From Rhodobiaceae bacterium (GTDB taxonomy: Bacteria; Pseudomonadota; Alphaproteobacteria; RS24), in the NCBI GenBank assembly GCA_024645085.1, contig JAHEGN010000010.1:3045-67044 (forward strand): DNA of 64,000 bases, given 5' to 3'. Position numbers and translations under genes: made by a program. Of this stretch, positions 1-10,070 are shown one piece after another. The notes under the pieces were generated by a model. The model did not search any database, had not been told where the DNA came from, and saw only the letters and a program-made list of their open reading frames with translations. Numbering within the stretch: position 1 is the stretch's first letter; each line of letters starts with the position of its first letter.

Positions 1-831
1 AAGTCCGGCCGACATCAGCGCATCAGCAAGAGCAATGGCAATCGCCGCCCCGCCCATGTCTTTTTTCATCAGCTCCATATAATTGCCCGGCTTCAAATTC
101 AACCCACCAGTATCAAAACACACGCCCTTGCCGACCAATGTCACGCGCGGCGCATCGGCCCGTCCCCAGCGCACATCAAGCAAGCGCGGCGCCTGCATGG
201 CAGCGCGACCAACCGCGTGAATCAAAGGATAATTTTGCGCCAATAGCTCATCGCCAACAATCGCCGAGAAGCTCGCCTTGTGAGTTTTCGCCAAATCCTC
301 AACCACTTGATGCAGCGCCTCGGGGCCCATATCAGCGGCTGGAATATTGATTAAATCGCGGGTCATATAAATTGCCCGATTGAGCCGCTCAAGGCGCGCC
401 AAATCGGTGTCTTTCGACACCACTAATTGCGGCCATTCAATGGCTTTCGGGGATGATTTATAGGTCGTGAAACGATAGCACCCAAGGGCCCACGCCAGAG
501 CGGCATTGTCCGCCACCGCCGCCGGCGCCCCATCGGCTAGGCGATAAGCACCGGGTGGTAATTTTGCTGGTAGTGCGGCCAAAGCCATAGCGTCGGCTTG
601 CGTGCCAAGGCCCAATAATACGCCGCTAAGACCACCAGCGCTATCGGGCAGCAGTAAAACTTCGCCAGCACTGGCAGCAAAATTGGTTGTTTCAGCCCAC
701 GCCAAACTGGCGCCGCTCTCGGCGTCTTTCCAGGCGGCAAAATCGCGCGGCGTCATGCAGCGTATCAGACAAGCCGGCTTGCCCTTATCAACCAGATAAA
801 TTGCTTGTGGCTCGCGATGAGAAAAAACCAT
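1..831 (-). CDS. M17 (leucyl) aminopeptidase family protein, N-terminal 277 codons; the C-terminus lies beyond the window edge
   Basis: Not in the ORF track because it runs off the edge. My minus-strand translation from the ATG at 829-831 gives MVFSHREPQAIYLVDKG...RVTLVGKGVCFDTGGLNLKPGNYMELMKKDMGGAAIAIALADALMSAGL. This contains the GKG(V/I)xFD(T/S)GG...MKxDMxGAA core of M17 peptidases. Confidence 0.8.
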   Translation of the reverse strand, partial: MVFSHREPQAIYLVDKGKPACLIRCMTPRDFAAWKDAESGASLAWAETTNFAASAGEVLLLPDSAGGLSGVLLGLGTQADAMALAALPAKLPPGAYRLADGAPAAVADNAALAWALGCYRFTTYKSSPKAIEWPQLVVSKDTDLARLERLNRAIYMTRDLINIPAADMGPEALHQVVEDLAKTHKASFSAIVGDELLAQNYPLIHAVGRAAMQAPRLLDVRWGRADAPRVTLVGKGVCFDTGGLNLKPGNYMELMKKDMGGAAIAIALADALMSAGL

Positions 832-860
832 GAAACGCCCCTAAAATTGGAGATGGTGAT

Positions 861-1667
861 TTATCGCGAGATTTGTCCGTGATCAATAACCAACTCAGTA
901 CCAGATACATAAGATGACGCATCAGAAGCCAAAAACACAACCCCTTGGGCAATCTCGGCCGGTTGACCCGCACGGCCCCCGGGCACACTCACTGCGCTGA
1001 AGGTGTTGACGTCAATTTTATTGGCGCCTTCAGCCATTAAATCAGGGTTTTGCGCCGCAATAGAAGCGATTTCCTTGCCCCAAATCTCAGTGTCAATCAA
1101 CCCCGGATGCACGGAATTAACCCGAATATTAAAACCAGCATCAGCGCATTCCATGGCGCAGGCTTTGCTGAACAAGCGCACCGCACCCTTGCTGGCGCAA
1201 TAGCCAGATAGGCCAGCAGCGCCAACCATGCCAGCAATTGATGAAATATTAATAATCGAACTTGGGCCGGTTTCTGCCATCAGCGGAATGCCATGTTTGG
1301 TGCCCAGAAACACGCCATCAATATTGACCGCATTTTGACGGCGAAAATCCTCAAGGCTCATTTCCGTCACCATGGCACCGACGGCAATACCAGCATTATT
1401 GACCAGAATATTCAGCCCACCTTCATGGGCCCGAATATCGTCATATACTGACTGCCAGGCGCTTTCGCTGACCACATCATGGGCCAAGGCACGCGCCTGC
1501 CCGCCATTAGCGACAATTTTTTCGGCCGCCTCTGACACACGGGCCGCGTCAATATCTGTCATAATCACGCGGGCCCCTGCTTCAGCAAGAGCGGTTGCGC
1601 ACGCTAAACCAATGCCTGTTGCCGCACCGGTAACTAAGGCAATTTTGCCCGTACAATCATTGAGCAT
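861..1667 (-). CDS. Short-chain dehydrogenase/reductase (SDR), NAD(P)-dependent
   Basis: 268 aa with the TGAATGIG Rossmann motif, NNAG, and the catalytic Y-x3-K (YCASK). It starts 4 nt after the stop of the upstream P450. Confidence 0.85.
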   Translation of the reverse strand: MLNDCTGKIALVTGAATGIGLACATALAEAGARVIMTDIDAARVSEAAEKIVANGGQARALAHDVVSESAWQSVYDDIRAHEGGLNILVNNAGIAVGAMVTEMSLEDFRRQNAVNIDGVFLGTKHGIPLMAETGPSSIINISSIAGMVGAAGLSGYCASKGAVRLFSKACAMECADAGFNIRVNSVHPGLIDTEIWGKEIASIAAQNPDLMAEGANKIDVNTFSAVSVPGGRAGQPAEIAQGVVFLASDASSYVSGTELVIDHGQISR

Positions 1668-1670
1668 TTT

Positions 1671-2951
1671 TTAGCCTTTAATTTTGACCATCATTTTCGT
1701 GTAACCCTTCACAAATGAAGAGTGCGAGAATGTTGGCTTACCAATTACTTCGATTTTATCAAAACGCTTGAGCATTTCCTGCCACAGGATTTGCAATTGC
1801 AATTCGGCAAGACGGTTGCCAAAGCAACGGTGAATGCCAAACCCAAATGAAATGTGATTGCGGGCATTCGGGCGATCAACGATGAGTTCGTTTGGTCGCT
1901 CAAATTTGCGCTCATCGCGGTTGCCCGATACATACCACATGGCCACTTTGTCGCCCTTTTTAATGGTCTGACCATGCATTTCATAATCTTCCAAAGCGGT
2001 GCGGCGCATATAGGCCAGCGGTGTTTGCCAGCGAATAATTTCGGCCACGCCATTCGGCACCAGATCAACATTTTGCTTCATTTTATCCCATTCAGATGGG
2101 AATAAATTAGTCGCATAAATACTGGCTGACATGGAGTTACGCGTGGTGTCATTGCCACCGACAATCAACAGAATCAAATTGCCGAGATACTCCAGCGGGT
2201 CCATATTGCGGGTTTCTTCGCCATGCGCCAGCATTGAAATCAAATCAAAGCTTGGCTCAGCATTGACCCGCTCATTCCACAAACCGGTGAAATATTCGAG
2301 ACATTCATAAAGCTCGGCACGACGCTGTTCTTCGCTTTCAACGAGACCGGTTTCAGGGCCCGCCGTGGCAACATCTGACCAACGTGTCAGCTTGCGGCGA
2401 TCTTCAAATGGGAAATCAAACAAAGTCGCCAACATCATAGTCGTCAGCTCAATTGAAACTTTATCGACCCAGTCAAATTCTTCATTGATTGGCAGGCTAT
2501 CGAGCACGTGAATGGTGCGCTCGCGAATGAGCGTCGACATTTGCGCCAGACTTTGCGGCGACACAGCCGGAGCAACGGTTTTGCGCTGCACATCGTGTTT
2601 CGGCTGGTCCATGGCGATAAACATCGGCAGGGTGAAATCATCATCGGGATCTGGCAAAACAATCGTTGGCTCGGACGAAAACGCCTTATGATTGGTATCA
2701 ATCGCCATAATATCGTCATAGCGGGTGACCGACCAATAAGACCCAACGCCGCGCGACCCTTCGAGACGGAACGGTGATTCCCAAGGGGTTTTGCAGAAAT
2801 GCAGCGGCGCTTCATTGCGCATGCGTTCGAAAATCGGCCAATAATCTTGATTGTCCCAAAGATTTGGGTTGGATACATCCAACTCCTCTAAAGGTGTCGA
2901 GTAAGCATAATCCTCTGCTTCAGATGTCGACATTTTAATTGCTTCACTCAT
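1671..2951 (-). CDS. Cytochrome P450, CYP153-like (terminal/alkane-type hydroxylase family)
   Basis: Heme-thiolate loop FGFGIHRCFGNRLAELQ, I-helix LLIVGGNDTTRNSMS, EIIRWQTPLAYMRR and FIAMDQPKHDVQR, which match the CYP153 signature as I recall it. I moved the start to the ATG at 2951 (GAGGAGG 5 nt upstream) from the ORF-track start at 3026. Confidence 0.88.
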   Translation of the reverse strand: MSEAIKMSTSEAEDYAYSTPLEELDVSNPNLWDNQDYWPIFERMRNEAPLHFCKTPWESPFRLEGSRGVGSYWSVTRYDDIMAIDTNHKAFSSEPTIVLPDPDDDFTLPMFIAMDQPKHDVQRKTVAPAVSPQSLAQMSTLIRERTIHVLDSLPINEEFDWVDKVSIELTTMMLATLFDFPFEDRRKLTRWSDVATAGPETGLVESEEQRRAELYECLEYFTGLWNERVNAEPSFDLISMLAHGEETRNMDPLEYLGNLILLIVGGNDTTRNSMSASIYATNLFPSEWDKMKQNVDLVPNGVAEIIRWQTPLAYMRRTALEDYEMHGQTIKKGDKVAMWYVSGNRDERKFERPNELIVDRPNARNHISFGFGIHRCFGNRLAELQLQILWQEMLKRFDKIEVIGKPTFSHSSFVKGYTKMMVKIKG

Positions 2952-3054
2952 TTTTTCCTCCTCAGAGACGAAATATTCGGTTTCAGACTTCACGCCAAAC
3001 ATTAGATTTGTCACGCCGCAAGCCACACCAGCTAGGCTGCTGGCACATTATTAA

Positions 3055-3070
3055 ATGACGCCAGCGTCAT
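3055..3070. promoter_or_regulatory. Perfect palindrome ATGACGC-CA-GCGTCAT in the divergent P450/thiC promoter region; possible transcription-factor site
   Basis: Read directly from the sequence. It contains TGACG-N4-CGTCA, a 5-4-5 dyad of the kind bound by CRP/FNR-type dimers. There is no T-tract placed to make it a terminator. Confidence 0.25.
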
Positions 3071-3171
3071 AAAAAATTTAACCACGCAAATTATACTGCC
3101 GCAAGTGCTTTTCATGAAAATACACATGTTTTCGCACAAGCCCACTTGCCGGAAGTGCTCAGCTCTTTTAG

Positions 3172-5241
<2,070 letters not shown>

Positions 5242-5243
5242 GC

Positions 5244-6731
5244 CTATTTCCAGCCGCGTGGGTTTTCGCTCATTTCGGCATTGCGGGCGTCCAAGACGGC
5301 CTTCAAACGCGCCGCGATTTCGGGCCGCCGATTGGTCACATCATAAGCCTCTTGCGGGTCGTCTTTGAGATCGAAAAGAAACGGCCCCAAGCGCGGCCAA
5401 ATCGGAATGGATATTGGGTCAGTGGCATAGACGATTGGTTTGGCATCACGATATTTGTGCCGCCTATCGCGCACCGCCATTAACGTGCCAGCACCGTAAA
5501 AATACAGTGCCTCATGCGGGCTGTCGCCGCCGCGCAAAGTGGCGCTCAGCGAACGGCCATCAAGCAGCCGATCATTAGGGGCTGGCAGGCCGAGCTCTTG
5601 CAAGAGCGTTGGCAATAAATCTGTGCCCATGGCCATGGCTTGCGACACGCGCGGCGCTAATTGGGCCGGCCAATGGGCGATAAACGGCACATGCATGCCG
5701 CCATCAAATGTCTCGCCCTTGCGGCCACGTGATCCAGCCTCGCCACTGGCCCGGCCCTCCCACCATGGGCCATTATCGCTGGTGACAATAATCAGTGTAT
5801 TGTCGAGACGCCCACGTTTTTTCAAAGACGCAACCACGCGCCCGACTGTGTCATCAAGCCCCTGCACCACATCGCCATAAAGGCCAGCGTCTGAACGCCC
5901 GTGCTCATGGGCGGCGGCATAAAGCGGCACATGCGGAAAATTATGCGCAAAATATAAAAACATCGGCTTGTCGCGCGGCGCCGCAGCGATAAATTCCTCC
6001 GCCTTATCGCCATAAATTTGATTGAGCTGGGTCTGGTCGACCGGTGCCGCCACCGCCAGTGTTTCGCCGGCCCCATGGCGCCCCTCATGCAGGTTGAACG
6101 GTGTCATATCATTGGAATGATAAGTGCCAAAGAAATGATCGAAACCAAACTCCGTCGGAATTGACTGATCATGGTCGCCCATATGCCATTTGCCAACCAT
6201 GGCTGTGTGATAGCCAGTGGCGCGCAAAACATCGGCAATAATAATTTCCTCGCGCGGCAGGCGCACCGGATTATTAAACAGACGATTAAGGCGATCCACC
6301 GCATGACCGGTTGGAAACGGCACCGCCGTCAGCCCATTGCGCGGCGCCAATCGGCCGGTCAACATAGAGGCCCGCGACGGTGAACAGACCGGCGACGGCG
6401 CGTAATAATTTTCCAACACCACACCATTGCGCGCCAAGGCATCAATATGCGGGGTTTTGATCATATTATTACCAGTGTAGCCGAGGTCGCCATAGCCAAG
6501 GTCGTCGAATAAAATCACCACCACATCGGGGCGCGCCATATTTTGCGACGCTTGTTCAGCAAGGGCTGAGAGATAGGCCTGTTTCGATTGCATATGGGCA
6601 GCATCATCGAGCTGCTCATATGTCGCCACTTTAATGACCACATAACCAATGAAGAAAACCACCAAAAACGCTGGTAAAGAAAGTATCAGGGCGAGCCGCC
6701 GCCCCCAGCGTTTAATGGCTTGTTTCATCAT
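5244..6731 (-). CDS. Sulfatase (S1, Cys-type formylglycine) with an N-terminal membrane anchor
   Basis: FDDLGYGDLG metal site and the CSPSRASMLTGR FGly motif. The N-terminus MMKQAIKRWGRRLALILSLPAFLVVFFIGYVVI is a basic stretch followed by one TM helix. Its ATG overlaps the upstream P450 stop by 1 nt (TAATG). Confidence 0.85.
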   Translation of the reverse strand: MMKQAIKRWGRRLALILSLPAFLVVFFIGYVVIKVATYEQLDDAAHMQSKQAYLSALAEQASQNMARPDVVVILFDDLGYGDLGYTGNNMIKTPHIDALARNGVVLENYYAPSPVCSPSRASMLTGRLAPRNGLTAVPFPTGHAVDRLNRLFNNPVRLPREEIIIADVLRATGYHTAMVGKWHMGDHDQSIPTEFGFDHFFGTYHSNDMTPFNLHEGRHGAGETLAVAAPVDQTQLNQIYGDKAEEFIAAAPRDKPMFLYFAHNFPHVPLYAAAHEHGRSDAGLYGDVVQGLDDTVGRVVASLKKRGRLDNTLIIVTSDNGPWWEGRASGEAGSRGRKGETFDGGMHVPFIAHWPAQLAPRVSQAMAMGTDLLPTLLQELGLPAPNDRLLDGRSLSATLRGGDSPHEALYFYGAGTLMAVRDRRHKYRDAKPIVYATDPISIPIWPRLGPFLFDLKDDPQEAYDVTNRRPEIAARLKAVLDARNAEMSENPRGWK

Positions 6732-8065
6732 TATTTCCCCAAATTGACTTCCAAATGTGAAATCGCATGAACAAAATTATTCGGCGCATGGCGCTGATTG
6801 CCGGTCCAATGCACATTTGGGAAACGATCCAGAATACGCGCATAGGCGGTTTGCAATTGCATAATGGCAATGCGCTGGCCAAGGCACACATGCGGGCCAG
6901 TGCCAAAGGCCAAATGGTCGCCGACATTGCTGCGATGCATGTCCATTTGGTCGGGATTTTCAAACACCTCAGGGTCGCGATTGGCGGCGCCATACCACAT
7001 TAAAACTTTTTCGCCGGGCAAAATTGTTTGCCCAGAAAATTCGCTTTCAACCTTGGCCGTGCGGCGCATATACATCACCGGCGACACCAGGCGCAGCGCT
7101 TCCGGCACCAATTTCGGCATGAGATTTGGCTGGTCGATGAGCATTTGTTTTTGCTCAGGGAATTGCGTCAGCAACCGCATAGTGCCCGACAAGGAATTAC
7201 GCGTCGTATCATTGCCAGCAAAAATAATCAGCAGCCAAGATCCGTCGAGATAAGACTGGTCCATTGGCTCGCCATCGACTTGCGTGGTGGCAATCACGGT
7301 CAATAAATCGTCGCGCGGATTTTTGCGCCGGTCAGCGAGGATTTTTTGGCCAAATTTGAACATTTGACGAATATTCCAAAGGAATTTGGCGACGAATAAC
7401 GGCGAAATATTGGCGTCAGGGTCGGTGGTGATATATTGCGCCAATTCCAAATAATGCATCCATTTAACAATTTTTGGACGGTCTTTTTCGTCAATGCCGA
7501 GCATTTCGCACAATGTGTAAAGCGGCAACCATTCAGAGAAATTGGTGACCATATCAACCTTACCATCATTTTTGGCGGCCAGAGCCTCCATATTATCAAG
7601 CAAGCGATCAACCTCGCCCTCAACGCGTTTTTGCAATTGCCCAACATAATCTGGCGTGAAGAAAGAGCGATGCGACATGCGCAGCGGAATATGAAACGGC
7701 TGGTCCATATTAATCATACTGTCCAGCGCCGCCGCCCGCAGGCGTTTTGGGCCCGATGATTTCTCGCTATAGCCCATCAAAATACCGCCCTCTTGCGATG
7801 AAAAAGATTTGGCGTCGAGGTCGCACTTCTTCACATCTTCATAGCGCGTCAGTGACCAAAACCCTGCCACATCTGTGGTCTCAGGCGGTTGCCACCAGGA
7901 TACGGGAGCGGCAGCGCGCAATTTATGAAAATACTCATGCGGCTGACCGACCGCTTCAAAACCCTTAATGTCCATTAGGTCGAAACCCTCTGGCACTTGA
8001 TATTTGATATGCGGTGGGCGGTATGAATTATCTTCTGCGGTAATGGTCTGCGATAAAGGGTCCAC
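6731..8065 (-). CDS. Cytochrome P450 (non-CYP153 family)
   Basis: FGTGPHVCLGQRIA heme loop, AGNDTTRNSLSG I-helix, and EALRLVSPVMYMRR (ExxR). I prefer the GTG start at 8065 (GAGGAG 7 nt upstream). The ATG at 8095 from the ORF track is an alternative. Confidence 0.82.
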   Translation of the reverse strand: MDPLSQTITAEDNSYRPPHIKYQVPEGFDLMDIKGFEAVGQPHEYFHKLRAAAPVSWWQPPETTDVAGFWSLTRYEDVKKCDLDAKSFSSQEGGILMGYSEKSSGPKRLRAAALDSMINMDQPFHIPLRMSHRSFFTPDYVGQLQKRVEGEVDRLLDNMEALAAKNDGKVDMVTNFSEWLPLYTLCEMLGIDEKDRPKIVKWMHYLELAQYITTDPDANISPLFVAKFLWNIRQMFKFGQKILADRRKNPRDDLLTVIATTQVDGEPMDQSYLDGSWLLIIFAGNDTTRNSLSGTMRLLTQFPEQKQMLIDQPNLMPKLVPEALRLVSPVMYMRRTAKVESEFSGQTILPGEKVLMWYGAANRDPEVFENPDQMDMHRSNVGDHLAFGTGPHVCLGQRIAIMQLQTAYARILDRFPNVHWTGNQRHAPNNFVHAISHLEVNLGK

Positions 8066-8174
8066 GAATTCTCTCCTCAAATGTGCGCTCAGCATATCGC
8101 CTAAGAAGCCTCAAACTCAAGCGAATTCAAAACACGCCTTCGGCCTCTTTGTCACAGTCTGGGCGGTGATTTAA

Positions 8175-9179
8175 TCAGTCATAAACCACGGTAATTTTGC
8201 CAAAATGCGCCCCTGATTGCTGATAAGCAAACGCCTCGGCAAGGTTTTCTAGACTGAAAGATTTATCAATCACCGGCTGCAAACCGCTGGCATCAATGGC
8301 GGCAATCATATCCATTTGTTGCTGGCCACTGCCAACGGCAATGCCGGTGAGGCGCAAATGTTTGCCAAAGACGATCGGCAAAACAATCTCCGTGCTAAAG
8401 CCGCCCAATACGCCAATCAAAGAAATATTGCCGCCCATTTTGGCCGCTGCAATGGACTGTTTCATGGTCGCATCGCCGCCCGCATCGAGCACATGGTCAA
8501 CCCCACCGCCCGAATGTTTGGCAATGGTCGCGCCCCAGTTTTCATCGGTTTTATAATTGACCACATGGTCGGCGCCCAAAGCTTTTAACTTTTCGAGTTT
8601 TTCGTCGCTTGACGAGGTCGCATAAACATAAGCGCCGGCCGCTTTGGCGATTTGAAGACCGAAAATTGACATGCCGCCTGTGCCCTCGACCAATACAGTG
8701 TCGCCAGCCTTGAGCCCGCCTTCACTGACCAAGCCGCGCCACGCCGTCAAAGCCGCGCAAGGCAAAGTGGCGGCTTGTTCAAAACTATAACCAGCCGGCA
8801 TTTTAGTGAGGGCCGTAGCGGCCACACATTGACGCTGGGTGGCCGTGCCAAAAATCGTATCACCAGTGACGGCGGCGGTATTTTGCGGCGTCGGACTGCC
8901 GTTTAACCAATTGGGGAAAAACAGAGACATAACTTTGTCGCCCTTTTGCCATTGGCTGACGCCTTCGCCGACGGCGATGATTTCACCGGCCCCGTCGGAC
9001 ATCGGAATCTGGTCTTCGACAACCGGTATCGCGCCGAGGGCGACCAATAAATCGTGATAGTTGAGCGAACTGGCTTTCCAATTGACGCATACTTCACCAA
9101 ATCCTGGCGTGCAGTCATCGGCGTCGACAAGAGTTAGATTTTGCAATCCGCCGGGTTTTTTAAGAATGATTTTTTTCAC
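8175..9179 (-). CDS. Quinone-oxidoreductase-like medium-chain dehydrogenase/reductase (zeta-crystallin type, no Zn ligands evident)
   Basis: The N-terminus MKKIILKKPGGLQNLTLVD and overall layout are MDR/QOR-like. There is no GHE/Cys Zn-site pattern. The start is set to the GTG at 9179 (AGGAG 5 nt upstream); the ORF-track TTG at 9197 is less likely. Confidence 0.8.
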   Translation of the reverse strand: MKKIILKKPGGLQNLTLVDADDCTPGFGEVCVNWKASSLNYHDLLVALGAIPVVEDQIPMSDGAGEIIAVGEGVSQWQKGDKVMSLFFPNWLNGSPTPQNTAAVTGDTIFGTATQRQCVAATALTKMPAGYSFEQAATLPCAALTAWRGLVSEGGLKAGDTVLVEGTGGMSIFGLQIAKAAGAYVYATSSSDEKLEKLKALGADHVVNYKTDENWGATIAKHSGGGVDHVLDAGGDATMKQSIAAAKMGGNISLIGVLGGFSTEIVLPIVFGKHLRLTGIAVGSGQQQMDMIAAIDASGLQPVIDKSFSLENLAEAFAYQQSGAHFGKITVVYD

Positions 9180-9795
9180 GATGACTCCTATCGTCAATGA
9201 GCATTTGTTTCACAAAAGCGTGGGTTTCGCCAGTGGTCACACCAAGCAAAGCCAACGCCATATCATTGCGCCGAATGCGCCTCAATTGTTGGTCATTGAT
9301 GGCGCCAATCGCCCATTCGGCGACGACGCCGCGCGCCCGAGCATAAATCCGACCAGCAATGTAGTGCGAGTCAATCCAATCGACTAAATCGCCCTGTTGT
9401 TTAATTTCATCAATTGCTTCACCAATGGCTTTTTGCGCGGCACTTAACGAATTGCTGGCGACGCGTCCGGCCCGCGTGAGATAAATCGATAATTCACCAT
9501 TTTCCAAAATCATATCGACATTTTTGCCATCAATAAAAAGAATCCGCGACAGACCGTGGCTATCAGGCGGGTAGATGATATTGTCATAATGTTGCAGAAA
9601 TACTTCTTCGCCAGCCGCCTTCAACAGACCATCCTTATTGCCGAATTGATTGTAAAGCGTCGGCACAGAAACCCCGCAAAATGCCGCTAAATCGCGAATA
9701 TTCAGAGCTTTAATGCCATTTTGGCGAATTAACTCTCTGGTCTTGGCTAAAATTTTCTTGCGACGCTGGTCTTGCCGCTCAGGCGAAATGGGCAT
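9160..9795 (-). CDS. TetR/AcrR-family transcriptional regulator
   Basis: N-terminal HTH KALNIRDLAAFCGVSVPTLYNQFGNKDGLL. The start is set to the ATG at 9795 (AGGAAAG upstream), because the ORF-track start at 9822 falls inside the predicted -10 box. The 3' end overlaps the QOR gene by 20 nt. Confidence 0.85.
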   Translation of the reverse strand: MPISPERQDQRRKKILAKTRELIRQNGIKALNIRDLAAFCGVSVPTLYNQFGNKDGLLKAAGEEVFLQHYDNIIYPPDSHGLSRILFIDGKNVDMILENGELSIYLTRAGRVASNSLSAAQKAIGEAIDEIKQQGDLVDWIDSHYIAGRIYARARGVVAEWAIGAINDQQLRRIRRNDMALALLGVTTGETHAFVKQMLIDDRSHREKNHS

Positions 9796-9814
9796 ATTTG
9801 AACTTTCCTGATAA

Positions 9815-9883
9815 TGTTCCAATTATGCGCCCAAACACGCAGTGCGTCAACTTTTCAACTACAACGTGCATATAATTGGAACA
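9815..9883. promoter_or_regulatory. 12-nt perfect inverted repeat (TGTTCCAATTAT / ATAATTGGAACA), candidate paired TetR operators over two divergent -10 boxes
   Basis: The arms are at 9815-9826 and 9872-9883. The right arm overlaps a plus-strand TATAAT (9871-9876) and the left arm overlaps the minus-strand CATAAT. Confidence 0.4.
9822..9850 (-). promoter_or_regulatory. Putative sigma70-type promoter of tetR (TTGACG-17 nt-CATAAT on the minus strand)
   Basis: The plus-strand sequence CGTCAA (9845-9850) and ATTATG (9822-9827) give TTGACG-N17-CATAAT on the minus strand. The -10 box is embedded in the left arm of the 12-nt inverted repeat. Confidence 0.5.
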
Positions 9884-10070
9884 CGTTTAATTTTATAGAC
9901 AAACCACAAGCAGCTGGTTAGGTTGAGGTAAGTTTTGAACCGAATCAAATTTTGGCTTTGGCCTTAGAGCTTCGGTTCCAAGTTTCATGTGGCGTCTCGA
10001 TAGCTCTCCCTATCTTTTTCGAGGCCATATGAGCCGGTCGGTCTGTCCCCAGACCGGCCGGCATTTTTTT
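9884..10070 (+). ncRNA. Candidate structured RNA: an independent sRNA or a cis-regulatory leader of the downstream QOR gene
   Basis: There is no plus-strand CDS here, yet three hairpins are present. SL1 is GAACCGAA (9937-9944) paired with TTCGGTTC (9971-9978). SL2 spans 9991-10026 and includes GATAG/CTATC with a CUCUCC loop. SL3 is a 13-bp GC-rich terminator stem. The 5' end is only inferred from the TATAAT at 9871-9876. Confidence 0.4.
10033..10070 (+). terminator. Rho-independent terminator with no upstream CDS
   Basis: GCCGGTCGGTCTG-tccc-CAGACCGGCCGGC (13 bp, one G.U pair), followed by A and T7. Confidence 0.75.

Noticed and set aside
9815-9840. A dif-like look to TTTGGGCGCATAATTGGAACATTAT (minus strand), noted because xerC is in the window.
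   Set aside because: Only the GCGCATAA half resembles the XerC arm of the E. coli-type dif as I recall it. The other arm and the 6-bp spacer do not fit. The second copy of the motif at 9872-9883, and the overlap of both copies with -10 boxes, favour an operator role.
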